From an uncultured bacterium (GTDB lineage Bacteria > Patescibacteriota > Minisyncoccia > UBA6257 > 2-01-FULL-56-20), in the NCBI GenBank assembly GCA_963830935.1, contig CAWHOC010000016.1:13852-77851 (forward strand): a stretch of 64,000 nucleotides of DNA, written 5' to 3'. Positions 1 through 8,166 of the stretch are shown here, in pieces. The position numbers and the translations under genes were made by a program. The first letter of the stretch is position 1. The number at the start of each line of letters is the position of its first letter. The notes under the pieces are model-generated. The model was not told the origin of the DNA. It was given only the letters and a program-made list of their open reading frames with translations, and made no database searches.

Positions 1-274
1 CCAGCTCGTCTTCTATAAGCTTCTCATCGAACATTCGCGCGACTTTGGCGGATCGCACACGGTGGACCGGGGGATCATTCAATTTGTTGAACCTTCGGCG
101 GGCAAGCCACGAGAGCTCGTTCTCGACATTGAGGCTGCCGAGGGAGAGCGCCTGAAAGCGCTCATTCGCGCCGTCTACACCCGGATCCAGGCGCTCGACT
201 TCCCCGACGTGAGCAAATATCCCAAGGACATAAAGGGAATAGAAGCATTCGAGGATGAGCTGCTCGGAGCGTAG
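1..274 (+). CDS. 3' end of a gene truncated by the window edge; hypothetical
   Basis: Open frame runs from the window start to the stop at 274; no motif recognised. Confidence 0.3.
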   Translation, partial: QLVFYKLLIEHSRDFGGSHTVDRGIIQFVEPSAGKPRELVLDIEAAEGERLKALIRAVYTRIQALDFPDVSKYPKDIKGIEAFEDELLGA

Positions 275-280
275 GTTATA

Positions 281-1582
281 ATGAAGATTACGCTTTCCGG
301 CGTTTTTACTATGCTCAAGAGCAAGGGATTTACCCTGATAGAGCTTCTCGTCGTCATCGCGATCATCGCCATTCTTGCGGTCGTCGTTGTCCTGACACTC
401 AACCCCATTGAACTGCTTCGGCAAAGCAGGGATTCCAACCGCGTGTCCGACATGGCGACGCTTGTGACCGCGATCAATCTTTATAACACCGATCAGTCGG
501 GAGTGTCGGGATATTCGCTGGGCATGGCGAATATTATTTATATTTCCATCCCCGATCCTTCGGCGACTTCCACGGCGGGTGATCAGTGCCAAGGGCTCGG
601 CCTGGGATCGCTGCCCGCCACCTATACATACCATTGCGCCGCGAATCGTCCACGTTCAAAAATATAGATGGCACCGGATGGATCCCGATCAATTTCAAAA
701 CCATTTCTTCCGGGGTGCCGATCAGCAATCTTCCCGCCGATCCGACGAACACTTCATCATCGCGGTTGTATTACACGTATACGACGAACGGCGCACAGTA
801 CGAAGTGACGGCAGTGATGGAATCGCAAAAGTACAGCGTCGGCGGGAGCAATGACGTGATCACGCCGGACGGCGGCGCGCTCGCGAGCGTGTATGAAAAG
901 GGCACCAAGCTCGGCTTGGAGCCGATGGATTACGGCGATCCGTCGCTCATCGGATTCTGGCCGCTGGACGAGGGGAGCAACAGCATTGCGTACGATTACT
1001 CCGGCACGAACGCGACGGGAAGCTGGTACGGCACGGCGGGGGGCACGGGCGGCACATATTATTCGCCGGGGAAGATCGGTCCGTACACCGGCACGTTCGA
1101 CGGCACGAGCACCTACGTCGGCAACGTGGCGAACAATGCCGCGTTCACTTTGACGAATGGGGTAACGATGGTTGCGTGGATCAAGCTGAGCGGCTTGGGC
1201 GTCGATCAAAAGATCATCTCCAAACGCCCGTCGTACGTGCTGACGGTCTACAACACTAACGTTCCCGAAACAGAAATATTCATCGGCGGAAGTTCGCAGG
1301 ATACCCGCTCGGCGGGAGGAGGGACGGTGCTCACGACCGGCGTGTGGTATCAGATCGCGGGCACGTTCGATGGCAGCTACGGTCAAGACCTATGTGAACG
1401 GCGTGCTCGACCGCCAGGTGTCGGCGAGCGGGATCATGAGCAGCACCACCTACGCGATCGACCTCGGCAAGACGGCGGACGGCACGAACAACTATTTCAA
1501 TGGCCTCATTGACGACGCCCGCGTTTACAACCGTGCGCTCTCGGCGGCGCAGCTCGCCGCGCTGTATAACGGCGGGAAATAA
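281..1582 (+). pseudogene. type IV pilin-like protein (prepilin N-terminal cleavage/methylation segment) with C-terminal LamG/ConA-like jelly-roll domain; frame broken twice (~630 and ~1378)
   Basis: N-terminus KGFTLIELLVVIAIIAILAVVVVL. The central GWIPINFKTISSGVPISNLPADPTN block is shared with the paralog at 50786. C-terminal LIDDARVYNRALSAAQLAALYNG is LamG-like. The three ORF pieces 281-667, 586-1512 and 1370-1582 lie in frames 2, 1 and 2. Confidence 0.6.
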
Positions 1583-1661
1583 AGCGCTTCACCATATGGT
1601 ATTATCAGTGCATGGTCGATAATAGTGTACCGACAATAATCTAATCAACTATTAAAAAAAC

Positions 1662-1886
1662 ATGAAACAGATGACATGCCCGGCGATGGGTGGACCTGCC
1701 ACCTGCACGGCGGTCCTTGCCGGCAATACGGCGGAGGAGATGGTGGCGAACGGCACGAAGCACGTGATGGAATCCCATCCCGAGATAGCTGCGGATATGG
1801 CAAAGATGACGCCGGAAGATATGGCAAAGTGGAACGCGGAATTCAAGACAAAGTTCGACGCATTGCCGGAAGCGGCAGCGGCATAA
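1662..1886 (+). CDS. DUF1059-like small protein
   Basis: MKQMTCP...C...TAEEM...HVMESHP matches the DUF1059 pattern; AT-rich upstream leader. Confidence 0.5.
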   Translation: MKQMTCPAMGGPATCTAVLAGNTAEEMVANGTKHVMESHPEIAADMAKMTPEDMAKWNAEFKTKFDALPEAAAA

Positions 1887-1968
1887 TGATTAAAAAAAGA
1901 TTAAAAAACTTTTGACAATTCTAATCAAGTTGTTATTATTGTCTTAATCACGAGCGGGAAAGCAAACC

Positions 1969-2484
1969 CTATAAGGTTCCGTCCTTATGGGGACTTTCTT
2001 TTTTATATGAGAGTTTTTCGCGTAAATTATTCATGTAGCGTAAATAGGGGCGCGACGCTTTCAGTTTAAGTAATGCCGAGTATCTCGATTCATTCGGGAC
2101 AATAATCGCCTTAAGCTTTTTCTTCTCGATCCAATAACGTACCAGGCAATAAAAGTCACCATCCCCGGTCACGATAATGGCCGTATCATAGGCGGCATAA
2201 TCGATCATTGATTGTAATACCAATTCCGCATCACAATTTCCCTTTATCTTGCCATCGTGACGAATAAGCGTCGGTTTGAAAACGCATATATACCCCATAC
2301 TCTGCAGTGCGGTGTAAAGTCGGTCATTCCCGGGGACATAGCCTATAAAAAGGTAAGCCCTGTTCACATCATATTTTTCCCGTAAATAAATTCTGAATTT
2401 TGCAAAATCTAATTGCCATCCCATGGCGCGAATGCCAAGGTTCACATTTTGGCTATCAATAAAGGCGTAATTATTTTCGGGCAT
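1969..2484 (-). CDS. NYN-domain (LabA-like PIN-fold) protein, low GC
   Basis: NYAFIDSQN...IVTGDGDF pattern typical of NYN domains; GC is far below the neighbours. A convergent hairpin plus T-run lies at ~1960-1995. Confidence 0.6.
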   Translation of the reverse strand: MPENNYAFIDSQNVNLGIRAMGWQLDFAKFRIYLREKYDVNRAYLFIGYVPGNDRLYTALQSMGYICVFKPTLIRHDGKIKGNCDAELVLQSMIDYAAYDTAIIVTGDGDFYCLVRYWIEKKKLKAIIVPNESRYSALLKLKASRPYLRYMNNLREKLSYKKESPHKDGTL

Positions 2485-2559
2485 CTGAGAAGTATACCGA
2501 AAGGTACATTAAAATTATTTAAACTAGCGAAAACCGGGGGAAAGCGCTAGCATTATCTT

Positions 2560-2928
2560 ATGAACAACACCACAAGCGGGGCAGGGGGCGGTCAGCCGGT
2601 GGCGCATGAGATGGTGACGACGGGCTTCGAATTGGACAACTATCGCATTGTCAAAAATCTTGGCGTTGCGCGGGGGATCATTGTGCGGTCGCGCAATATT
2701 TTCGGCACGATCGGCGGTGCGCTCCAAACGATCGTTGGCGGCAACATCACGCTGTACACCAAGCTGTGCGAGGACACGCGCACGCACGCGTTCGACCTGA
2801 TGCTCGAGCACGCGGGAGAGATGGGCGCGAACGCCGTCATCGGCGCCCGCTACGACGCGACGGAAATCATGCATGGCGTCACGGAAGTTCTGGCATACGG
2901 CACGGCGGTGGTCGTGGAAGGCAAGTAG
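2560..2928 (+). CDS. ybjQ: YbjQ/UPF0145 (DUF74) family protein
   Basis: [11 protein letters not shown]...GTAVVV and overall length are typical of YbjQ. Confidence 0.75.
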   Translation: MNNTTSGAGGGQPVAHEMVTTGFELDNYRIVKNLGVARGIIVRSRNIFGTIGGALQTIVGGNITLYTKLCEDTRTHAFDLMLEHAGEMGANAVIGARYDATEIMHGVTEVLAYGTAVVVEGK

Positions 2929-2939
2929 ATCAAAGAGAC

Positions 2940-3473
2940 ATGAAGAACGAACTACCACCCAACGCGAAGATGGTCTTTAAGGGAGAGATATTCGAGGTGT
3001 GGCAATGGGAACAGAAGATGTTCGATGGGATCACCCGCACATTTGAAAAATTAAAGCGGACGGACAGCGCGGACGCGATCGCGGTCGTGGGAGATAGTAT
3101 CCTTATCGAAGAGCAGGAGCAGCCACACAGGCCGCTATTCACGTGTATTCCCGGCGGACGTTGTGATGAAGGCGAGGATGCCTTGTCCGCGGCAAAGCGG
3201 GAGCTTTTGGAAGAGACCGGCTATGCTTCCGACGACTGGGTCCCGTTTAGGGAACGGATCCCATACAACTCGATGGTGTGGACCATTTACACGTTCATCG
3301 CGCGAGATTGTAAGTTCGTCAAAGAACCGCATCTCGACGCCGGAGAGAAGATCGCCGTAAAACTTGTTTCATTCGACGAGTTCCTCATCTTTCCCAGGAG
3401 CCCGACTTCCGCGATAAGGAATTGGGAATATCTCTTCGCGCCCAGTTCGAGCCGAAGTTCAAAGAGGAATTAA
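2940..3473 (+). CDS. NUDIX hydrolase
   Basis: Nudix box GGRCDEGEDALSAAKRELLEETG; ATG at 2940 lies inside the longer ORF 2766-3473. Confidence 0.75.
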   Translation: MKNELPPNAKMVFKGEIFEVWQWEQKMFDGITRTFEKLKRTDSADAIAVVGDSILIEEQEQPHRPLFTCIPGGRCDEGEDALSAAKRELLEETGYASDDWVPFRERIPYNSMVWTIYTFIARDCKFVKEPHLDAGEKIAVKLVSFDEFLIFPRSPTSAIRNWEYLFAPSSSRSSKRN

Positions 3474-3500
3474 AAGCGAAACTTTTTGGTTCACGGTAAT

Positions 3501-3941
3501 ATGGAAATAATGGATTGCACCTACTGCACCCTGCCGGAAATAAAAGCGCGGACGCTTAAGCGGAACGATCTCGCGTGGGCATTTTTAACGAACATTCCGA
3601 TTACGCCCGGGCATACGCTTGTGGCGCCGTTACGGCACGTGCAAAAGTTCGAAGAGCTGACGGCCGAGGAGAAGGCGGCGATCTTCGCGCTCGCGGCGGA
3701 GGTGAAGGATGCGTTGCGCGCGACGTTCGGCGCGGAAGGGTTCAACCACGCGTGGAATGAAGGCCCGGCGGCAGGGCAATCCATCCCGCACTTTCATCTG
3801 CACATCATCCCGCGCGTGGCGGGGGACGCGGGCGTCTTAGAATACGAGCCGCGCAAGTTCATCTACCGGCCGGGTTCGCGCGAAGCGACGCCGGAGGCGG
3901 AACTCGCGGCGATCACGAAGGAAATAAGGGAAAAACTGTAA
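3501..3941 (+). CDS. HIT-family (histidine triad) nucleotide hydrolase
   Basis: HFHLHIIPR histidine triad motif. Confidence 0.8.
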   Translation: MEIMDCTYCTLPEIKARTLKRNDLAWAFLTNIPITPGHTLVAPLRHVQKFEELTAEEKAAIFALAAEVKDALRATFGAEGFNHAWNEGPAAGQSIPHFHLHIIPRVAGDAGVLEYEPRKFIYRPGSREATPEAELAAITKEIREKL

Positions 3942-4193
3942 TCATTACCATGCGCATAGCGAGGAATGGTTCCGAGGAGGGCATCAAAGTGTTCCTTATC
4001 GACGAGTAGTATATTGGGCATGGATATCAACCGAAATGAAACCGTGACAAACAGTCACGATTTGAAAATAATTGCCAAATAGAGAGATCAGTCGGTAACA
4101 ATTTGTAACCAACTGGAAGGAGGCGTTACAAAGTAACGGATTGAAAATGCCACAAATAGTCATTTTCTCGATCTTTTGGTATATAATCCTTCT

Positions 4194-4634
4194 ATGCCAA
4201 CCGACACTTTCCGCCCATTCGCCGCCGTATATCTGCTCTTCGTCCGCGACGGGAAGATTTTGCTTTTGCGCCGGGCGAACACGGGTTTTCAGGATGGGAT
4301 GTACAGCCTGGTGGCCGGGCACATCGACGGTGGCGAGACGCTCCGCGCCGCCGCGGCCCGCGAGGCAAAGGAGGAGGCCGGGGTGAACATCGCCGTGGAC
4401 GACCTACACCTCAAGGTGGTCATGCACCGGCTGGAGGGCAGGGAATATATCGATTTCTACTTTGAGCCCGCAAAGTGGCAAGGCGAGCTCACCAACATGG
4501 AGCCCGGCAAGTGCGACGATCTCCACTGGTTTCCGCTCGACGCATTGCCCGACAACGTCATTCCCTACGTCCGCGAGGTGATCCGCGCCTATCGCGACGG
4601 CGTGGAGTATGTGGAGTGGGGGTGGGGGAAATAA
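4194..4634 (+). CDS. NUDIX hydrolase
   Basis: Nudix box GHIDGGETLRAAAAREAKEEAGV. Confidence 0.75.
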   Translation: MPTDTFRPFAAVYLLFVRDGKILLLRRANTGFQDGMYSLVAGHIDGGETLRAAAAREAKEEAGVNIAVDDLHLKVVMHRLEGREYIDFYFEPAKWQGELTNMEPGKCDDLHWFPLDALPDNVIPYVREVIRAYRDGVEYVEWGWGK

Positions 4635-4648
4635 AGTATAATATTGGC

Positions 4649-5140
4649 ATGACTTACGAATCTATCGATTTTACCCGAAAGCTTGCAAAAGGAAGAATCG
4701 CCGAAACTTTGTTCGAACAAATGCTGCGGGACGCAGGATGTTTTACGATTCTCGCTTTTGGTTACGAGAATGTACTTCCAGAATTAGCTAATCGCCAACA
4801 TAATATACAGGCGAAGGAGACAATGGAAATCATTCGTCGCGCCCCAGATTTCGCAGTTATCAATAACCAGACGCACGAGGTACACCTTATTGAAGTAAAA
4901 TACATGATGAATCCTAGAGCTGATTGGATATTGCGGGATGCTGAGAGAATGTACGCCTCCTGGAAGCCCTCGTTCTTATTTCTTGCAACTCCAGAAGGTT
5001 TTTATTTTGATAAAGCAGATAAAATCATTGAGAAAAAAGGAGTTATGGATAAACTTAACCATCCACAAATTTCCATAGAGTTACAAGAGGAATATAGGAA
5101 GTTATTAAATGAATTAATTTTGCCGATTCTTAAAACGTGA
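4649..5140 (+). CDS. Hjc/Mrr-like PD-(D/E)xK nuclease-fold protein on a low-GC islet
   Basis: KGRIAETLFEQML...APDFAVIN...HLIEVKY matches the E...PD...E.K arrangement of archaeal Hjc-type resolvases; GC ~37% versus ~62% for the flanks. Confidence 0.5.
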   Translation: MTYESIDFTRKLAKGRIAETLFEQMLRDAGCFTILAFGYENVLPELANRQHNIQAKETMEIIRRAPDFAVINNQTHEVHLIEVKYMMNPRADWILRDAERMYASWKPSFLFLATPEGFYFDKADKIIEKKGVMDKLNHPQISIELQEEYRKLLNELILPILKT

Positions 5141-5317
5141 TTTGGTTTAAGAAGAATAAAGTTCAGAGTGGTGTTGTTCTGGCCCTATTACGGTCGTCTT
5201 GCGAAGGGTACGAAATATAAACATAACAATATTATTCAATGGCTGAAGAGATCAATGATCCGGAGTTGGAGGAGGATGTCAAGGATGCGGAGCTGAACAC
5301 CGACGATACATCGACGG

Positions 5318-5749
5318 ATGATAACGGCGAGGCCGAGGAATAGCGGCAATGAAGATCGTTCGTGCGCGCGAAGCCGGGCGTTAAGAAGGCATACGTCAAA
5401 GAAACGACGGATCTTTTTGGAAGCATCGGGCGAGCGGCGCTTCGTGGTGGCGGTGAACGCGCGCGCGGTGGAAGGCGCGGCGAACCGTGCGATCGAAGCG
5501 GCGCTCGCTGCACATTTTGCCGTCGCGCCATCGCGCGTGCGAATCATTTCCGGCGCTACGGCAAAGGAAAAGATCGTTGAGATATCGGTGAATAATAAGC
5601 GGCACGATTTTGTGAGTTCGTGCCGCCAGAATCAATCCGTCGGCTCTTTTGAAGGGACAGGGAGGGACGACCCACAAGGAAAGGATGATTCCATTCTCTT
5701 GAAGTTGCTTGAGCTCGTTCGCCAAGATGCGGAGCATCTCGGGCGATAG
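5318..5749 (+). CDS. DUF167 (YggU-like) protein; start uncertain
   Basis: RRFVVAVNARAVEGAANRAIEAALAAHFAVAPSRVRIISGATAKEKIVEI resembles DUF167/UPF0235. Confidence 0.45.
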   Translation: MITARPRNSGNEDRSCARSRALRRHTSKKRRIFLEASGERRFVVAVNARAVEGAANRAIEAALAAHFAVAPSRVRIISGATAKEKIVEISVNNKRHDFVSSCRQNQSVGSFEGTGRDDPQGKDDSILLKLLELVRQDAEHLGR

Positions 5750-5885
5750 CCGGCTTGGAGGAAGATCGTCTATTTGGCGATCATCATCCATCAAAAACCG
5801 ATCATGCGATCCGTCTCACGGTACACCCCCGATTCATTTCTTCTTTCAGTATCGCACTCTGTGCGTTGTTGTACGATGTAGGCAT

Positions 5886-6894
5886 ATGGAAACTTCATCT
5901 CACGTGGTGATCGTGGGGGCGGGGAACTTGGGCAGCGCGATTGGATTTTTGCTTAAAGAGAAAAACATCGAGATCGATTACTGGGATGCGGATCCGGCGG
6001 CGGTGCCCGGGCAAAAGCCACTTCAGGATATTATTCCGGTTGCGGGCTATGTTTTGTTCTGCGTGCCGTCTTGGGCGATGCGTGCTGCCGTGACGGGCGT
6101 TTTGCCATATCTTGCGCCGAACGCAACGGTGGTTTCGTTTTCGAAGGGCGATAGAGAAAGATTCTCTGCAGACGATGGCCGAGATGGTGCCGACGCTCCT
6201 GCCGGCAACGCAGCCGTTCATGGTGGTGGGCGGGCCGATGCTCGCGGCGGAGATCGTGGCCGGCAACGACGCGATCGGCGTCTTCGCATCAAAGAACGAA
6301 GCGGCGCTCGCGTGGGCGACCGCGTGCGTTTGCGGGCGAACACTTCCGCGTGGAGACGACGCCGGATACCGCGAGTGTGGCGCTCGCCGGAGTATTGAAA
6401 AATATCTACGCCGTGGCGCTCGGCATCGCGACGGGCTCGGCGTTTCGGGAAATGAAAAGGGCTGGGTGACCGCGGCGGCGACGAAAGAGATGGTGGACGT
6501 GGCAACAGCACTCGGCGCGGATCCCAAGATCATTTTGGGCGCCGCGGGCGTGGGCGACCTCATCGCCACCGGCTACAGCGTGCACTCGCGCAACCGCGAA
6601 GTGGGCATAGAGATCGTGGCGACGGGCAAGTGCAACATCCACGGCGAAGGCCTGAACTCGCTCCCGTTCCTTCTGGCGCGGCTCGGCGAAAAAGCGCAGG
6701 CGTTCCCGCTAATGACGCTCGTGAACCGCATCGGCATCGCATGCGAACCCGCGCGCCCGGCGTTTGAGGAGTACTTTAAATCGTTGCCCTGGCTTAGAAA
6801 GACGAAACTTCTTGGCGTACTGGCCGAGGTAGGGAAGCTCTTTTTCGTGGCCGTTCAAAACGTTCATGATACCGATGATGGCGAGGATGAGTGA
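5886..6894 (+). CDS. gpsA: NAD(P)H-dependent glycerol-3-phosphate dehydrogenase, frame broken by three 1-nt indels (~6150, ~6325, ~6445)
   Basis: VVIVGAGNLGSAIG Rossmann motif, FRVETTPDTASVALAGVLKNIYAVALGIATG, GAAGVGDLIATGYSVHSRNREVG. The homologous segments are spread over frames 0, 1, 2 and 1. Confidence 0.7.
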
Positions 6895-7149
6895 CGCGAG
6901 CCACCAGAGCCACATGACGAGCCATCCGATGACGGGAATCCAGACGAGCACCACGTTGGCGAACCAACCGATCACTTCAAAGATGAGGAGCACCAAGCCC
7001 TGCTTGATATGATATTTTACGAACGGGTTATCCTTCGCGTCCGTGAGGAACGGGATAATGATAAGGATCGATAGATAGGCGAAGATTGCCATGATGTTCT
7101 TATCCGACTGCTTGGCCGCCGCGGGATGCTGTTCGTGTTCGTTTGCCAT
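6709..7149 (-). CDS. DUF4870-like small membrane protein; its 3' end overlaps gpsA by ~186 nt, so the C-terminus is suspect
   Basis: KDNPFVKYHIKQGLVLLIFEVIGW plus two TM helices. Confidence 0.45.
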   Translation of the reverse strand: MANEHEQHPAAAKQSDKNIMAIFAYLSILIIIPFLTDAKDNPFVKYHIKQGLVLLIFEVIGWFANVVLVWIPVIGWLVMWLWWLASLILAIIGIMNVLNGHEKELPYLGQYAKKFRLSKPGQRFKVLLKRRARGFACDADAVHERH

Positions 7150-7234
7150 CCGTTTATAGTACCATAGCCGTACCGGCCATATCGGAGCCCCTGTGGATTA
7201 CTTGTGGCCCCGGAATGTGACGCATAAACGCCGT

Positions 7235-7972
7235 CTAAACACCGCCGCTCTGATGCCATAACGATTCGAATAAAACTTCCATCGTGTGATGGATGTCCTG
7301 GTCCTCGATCAAAATGCCCACCGGGCGTTTTTTGTTGAGCGAGATGACCGCCACTTTGTTCGCGTAAATAAAATTACAATTGTTGATCTCGATGCCGGAA
7401 GGGAGGAACTGCGTCACGCGGAGCTCTTCGCCGTCGCGCGCCTTGAGCGCCATCGCCGCTTTTGATTTTGGCGTGAGGATGCGGATGCGGAGATATTGCC
7501 GGTAGCGGCTCTCGATGAAATCATCCATGTACGTTTCGCCGAGAAGTGCTTTCCACTCGTCCCACGAGAGGATCGCGGAGATGTGATGCTTCGCTTCCAG
7601 GATGTCGCTCATGATCTGGCGGATCTCCTCAACGCCGCCGTATGCGCGCACCGTCGGCTTCACTCCCGTGTCGTGCCGTAACGATTGCAGTTCGGGAAGC
7701 ACAAGCTTCAGCGCCGCCTCGCGCTCTTTCAGTGTGATGAGCAGGCGCTCCGGATTTTCCGCCGCCCAGATCTTCCGCTTGCGCTGGATATACGCGTTCA
7801 TCAGCCCCTGCTTATTGAGAGAATTAATGATGAGGTTGACCGTGGTGCGTGGCAGGCGCGCCTTCGCGGCGATGTCCGTGGCGGTGCTGCCGCCCAATTC
7901 CAGGGCCGCAAGGTATACCGCGGTCTCCTGCGGGGAGTGCCCCAGCTGTTCAATGACGCTCTTTAGATGCAT
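7235..7972 (-). CDS. TrmB-family transcriptional regulator
   Basis: N-terminal wHTH (LGHSPQETAVYLAALELGGSTATDIA...LPRTTVNLIINSL) and C-terminal TrmB-like domain; divergent from the RNR gene. Confidence 0.6.
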   Translation of the reverse strand: MHLKSVIEQLGHSPQETAVYLAALELGGSTATDIAAKARLPRTTVNLIINSLNKQGLMNAYIQRKRKIWAAENPERLLITLKEREAALKLVLPELQSLRHDTGVKPTVRAYGGVEEIRQIMSDILEAKHHISAILSWDEWKALLGETYMDDFIESRYRQYLRIRILTPKSKAAMALKARDGEELRVTQFLPSGIEINNCNFIYANKVAVISLNKKRPVGILIEDQDIHHTMEVLFESLWHQSGGV

Positions 7973-8015
7973 TTTGGGATATTTTCTCAAATTATAGCAC
8001 ATTTTGCAAAATAGA

Positions 8016-8032
8016 TGACAAAAAAGTTGTCA
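8016..8032. promoter_or_regulatory. 17-bp palindrome TGACAAaaaaaGTTGTCA in the TrmB/RNR divergent promoter region (candidate operator); a half-site GTGACAAC recurs at ~8088
   Basis: Perfect inverted repeat read directly; its position lies between the divergent starts at 7972 and 8167. Confidence 0.4.
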
Positions 8033-8166
8033 CTTTTTTACGCCGGTTTATTAAGAAAAAATGAAGGATTTTGCGATGCCCGTTGCGCATGTGACAACCC
8101 GTTCCCGTTATGCACAGGCGCCCCTTGCTATGCGCCCGCCGACTTCGGCATAACAATGGAACTACC

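Noticed and set aside
2524-2958. 144-aa minus-strand ORF overlapping ybjQ
   Set aside because: Antisense to the YbjQ gene, which has strong family-level similarity; no motif.
8003-8166. Cobalamin riboswitch or NrdR boxes upstream of the RNR gene
   Set aside because: Region is only ~160 nt with no B12-box-like sequence and no tandem NrdR-type palindromes; only the TGACAA/TTGTCA palindrome is present.
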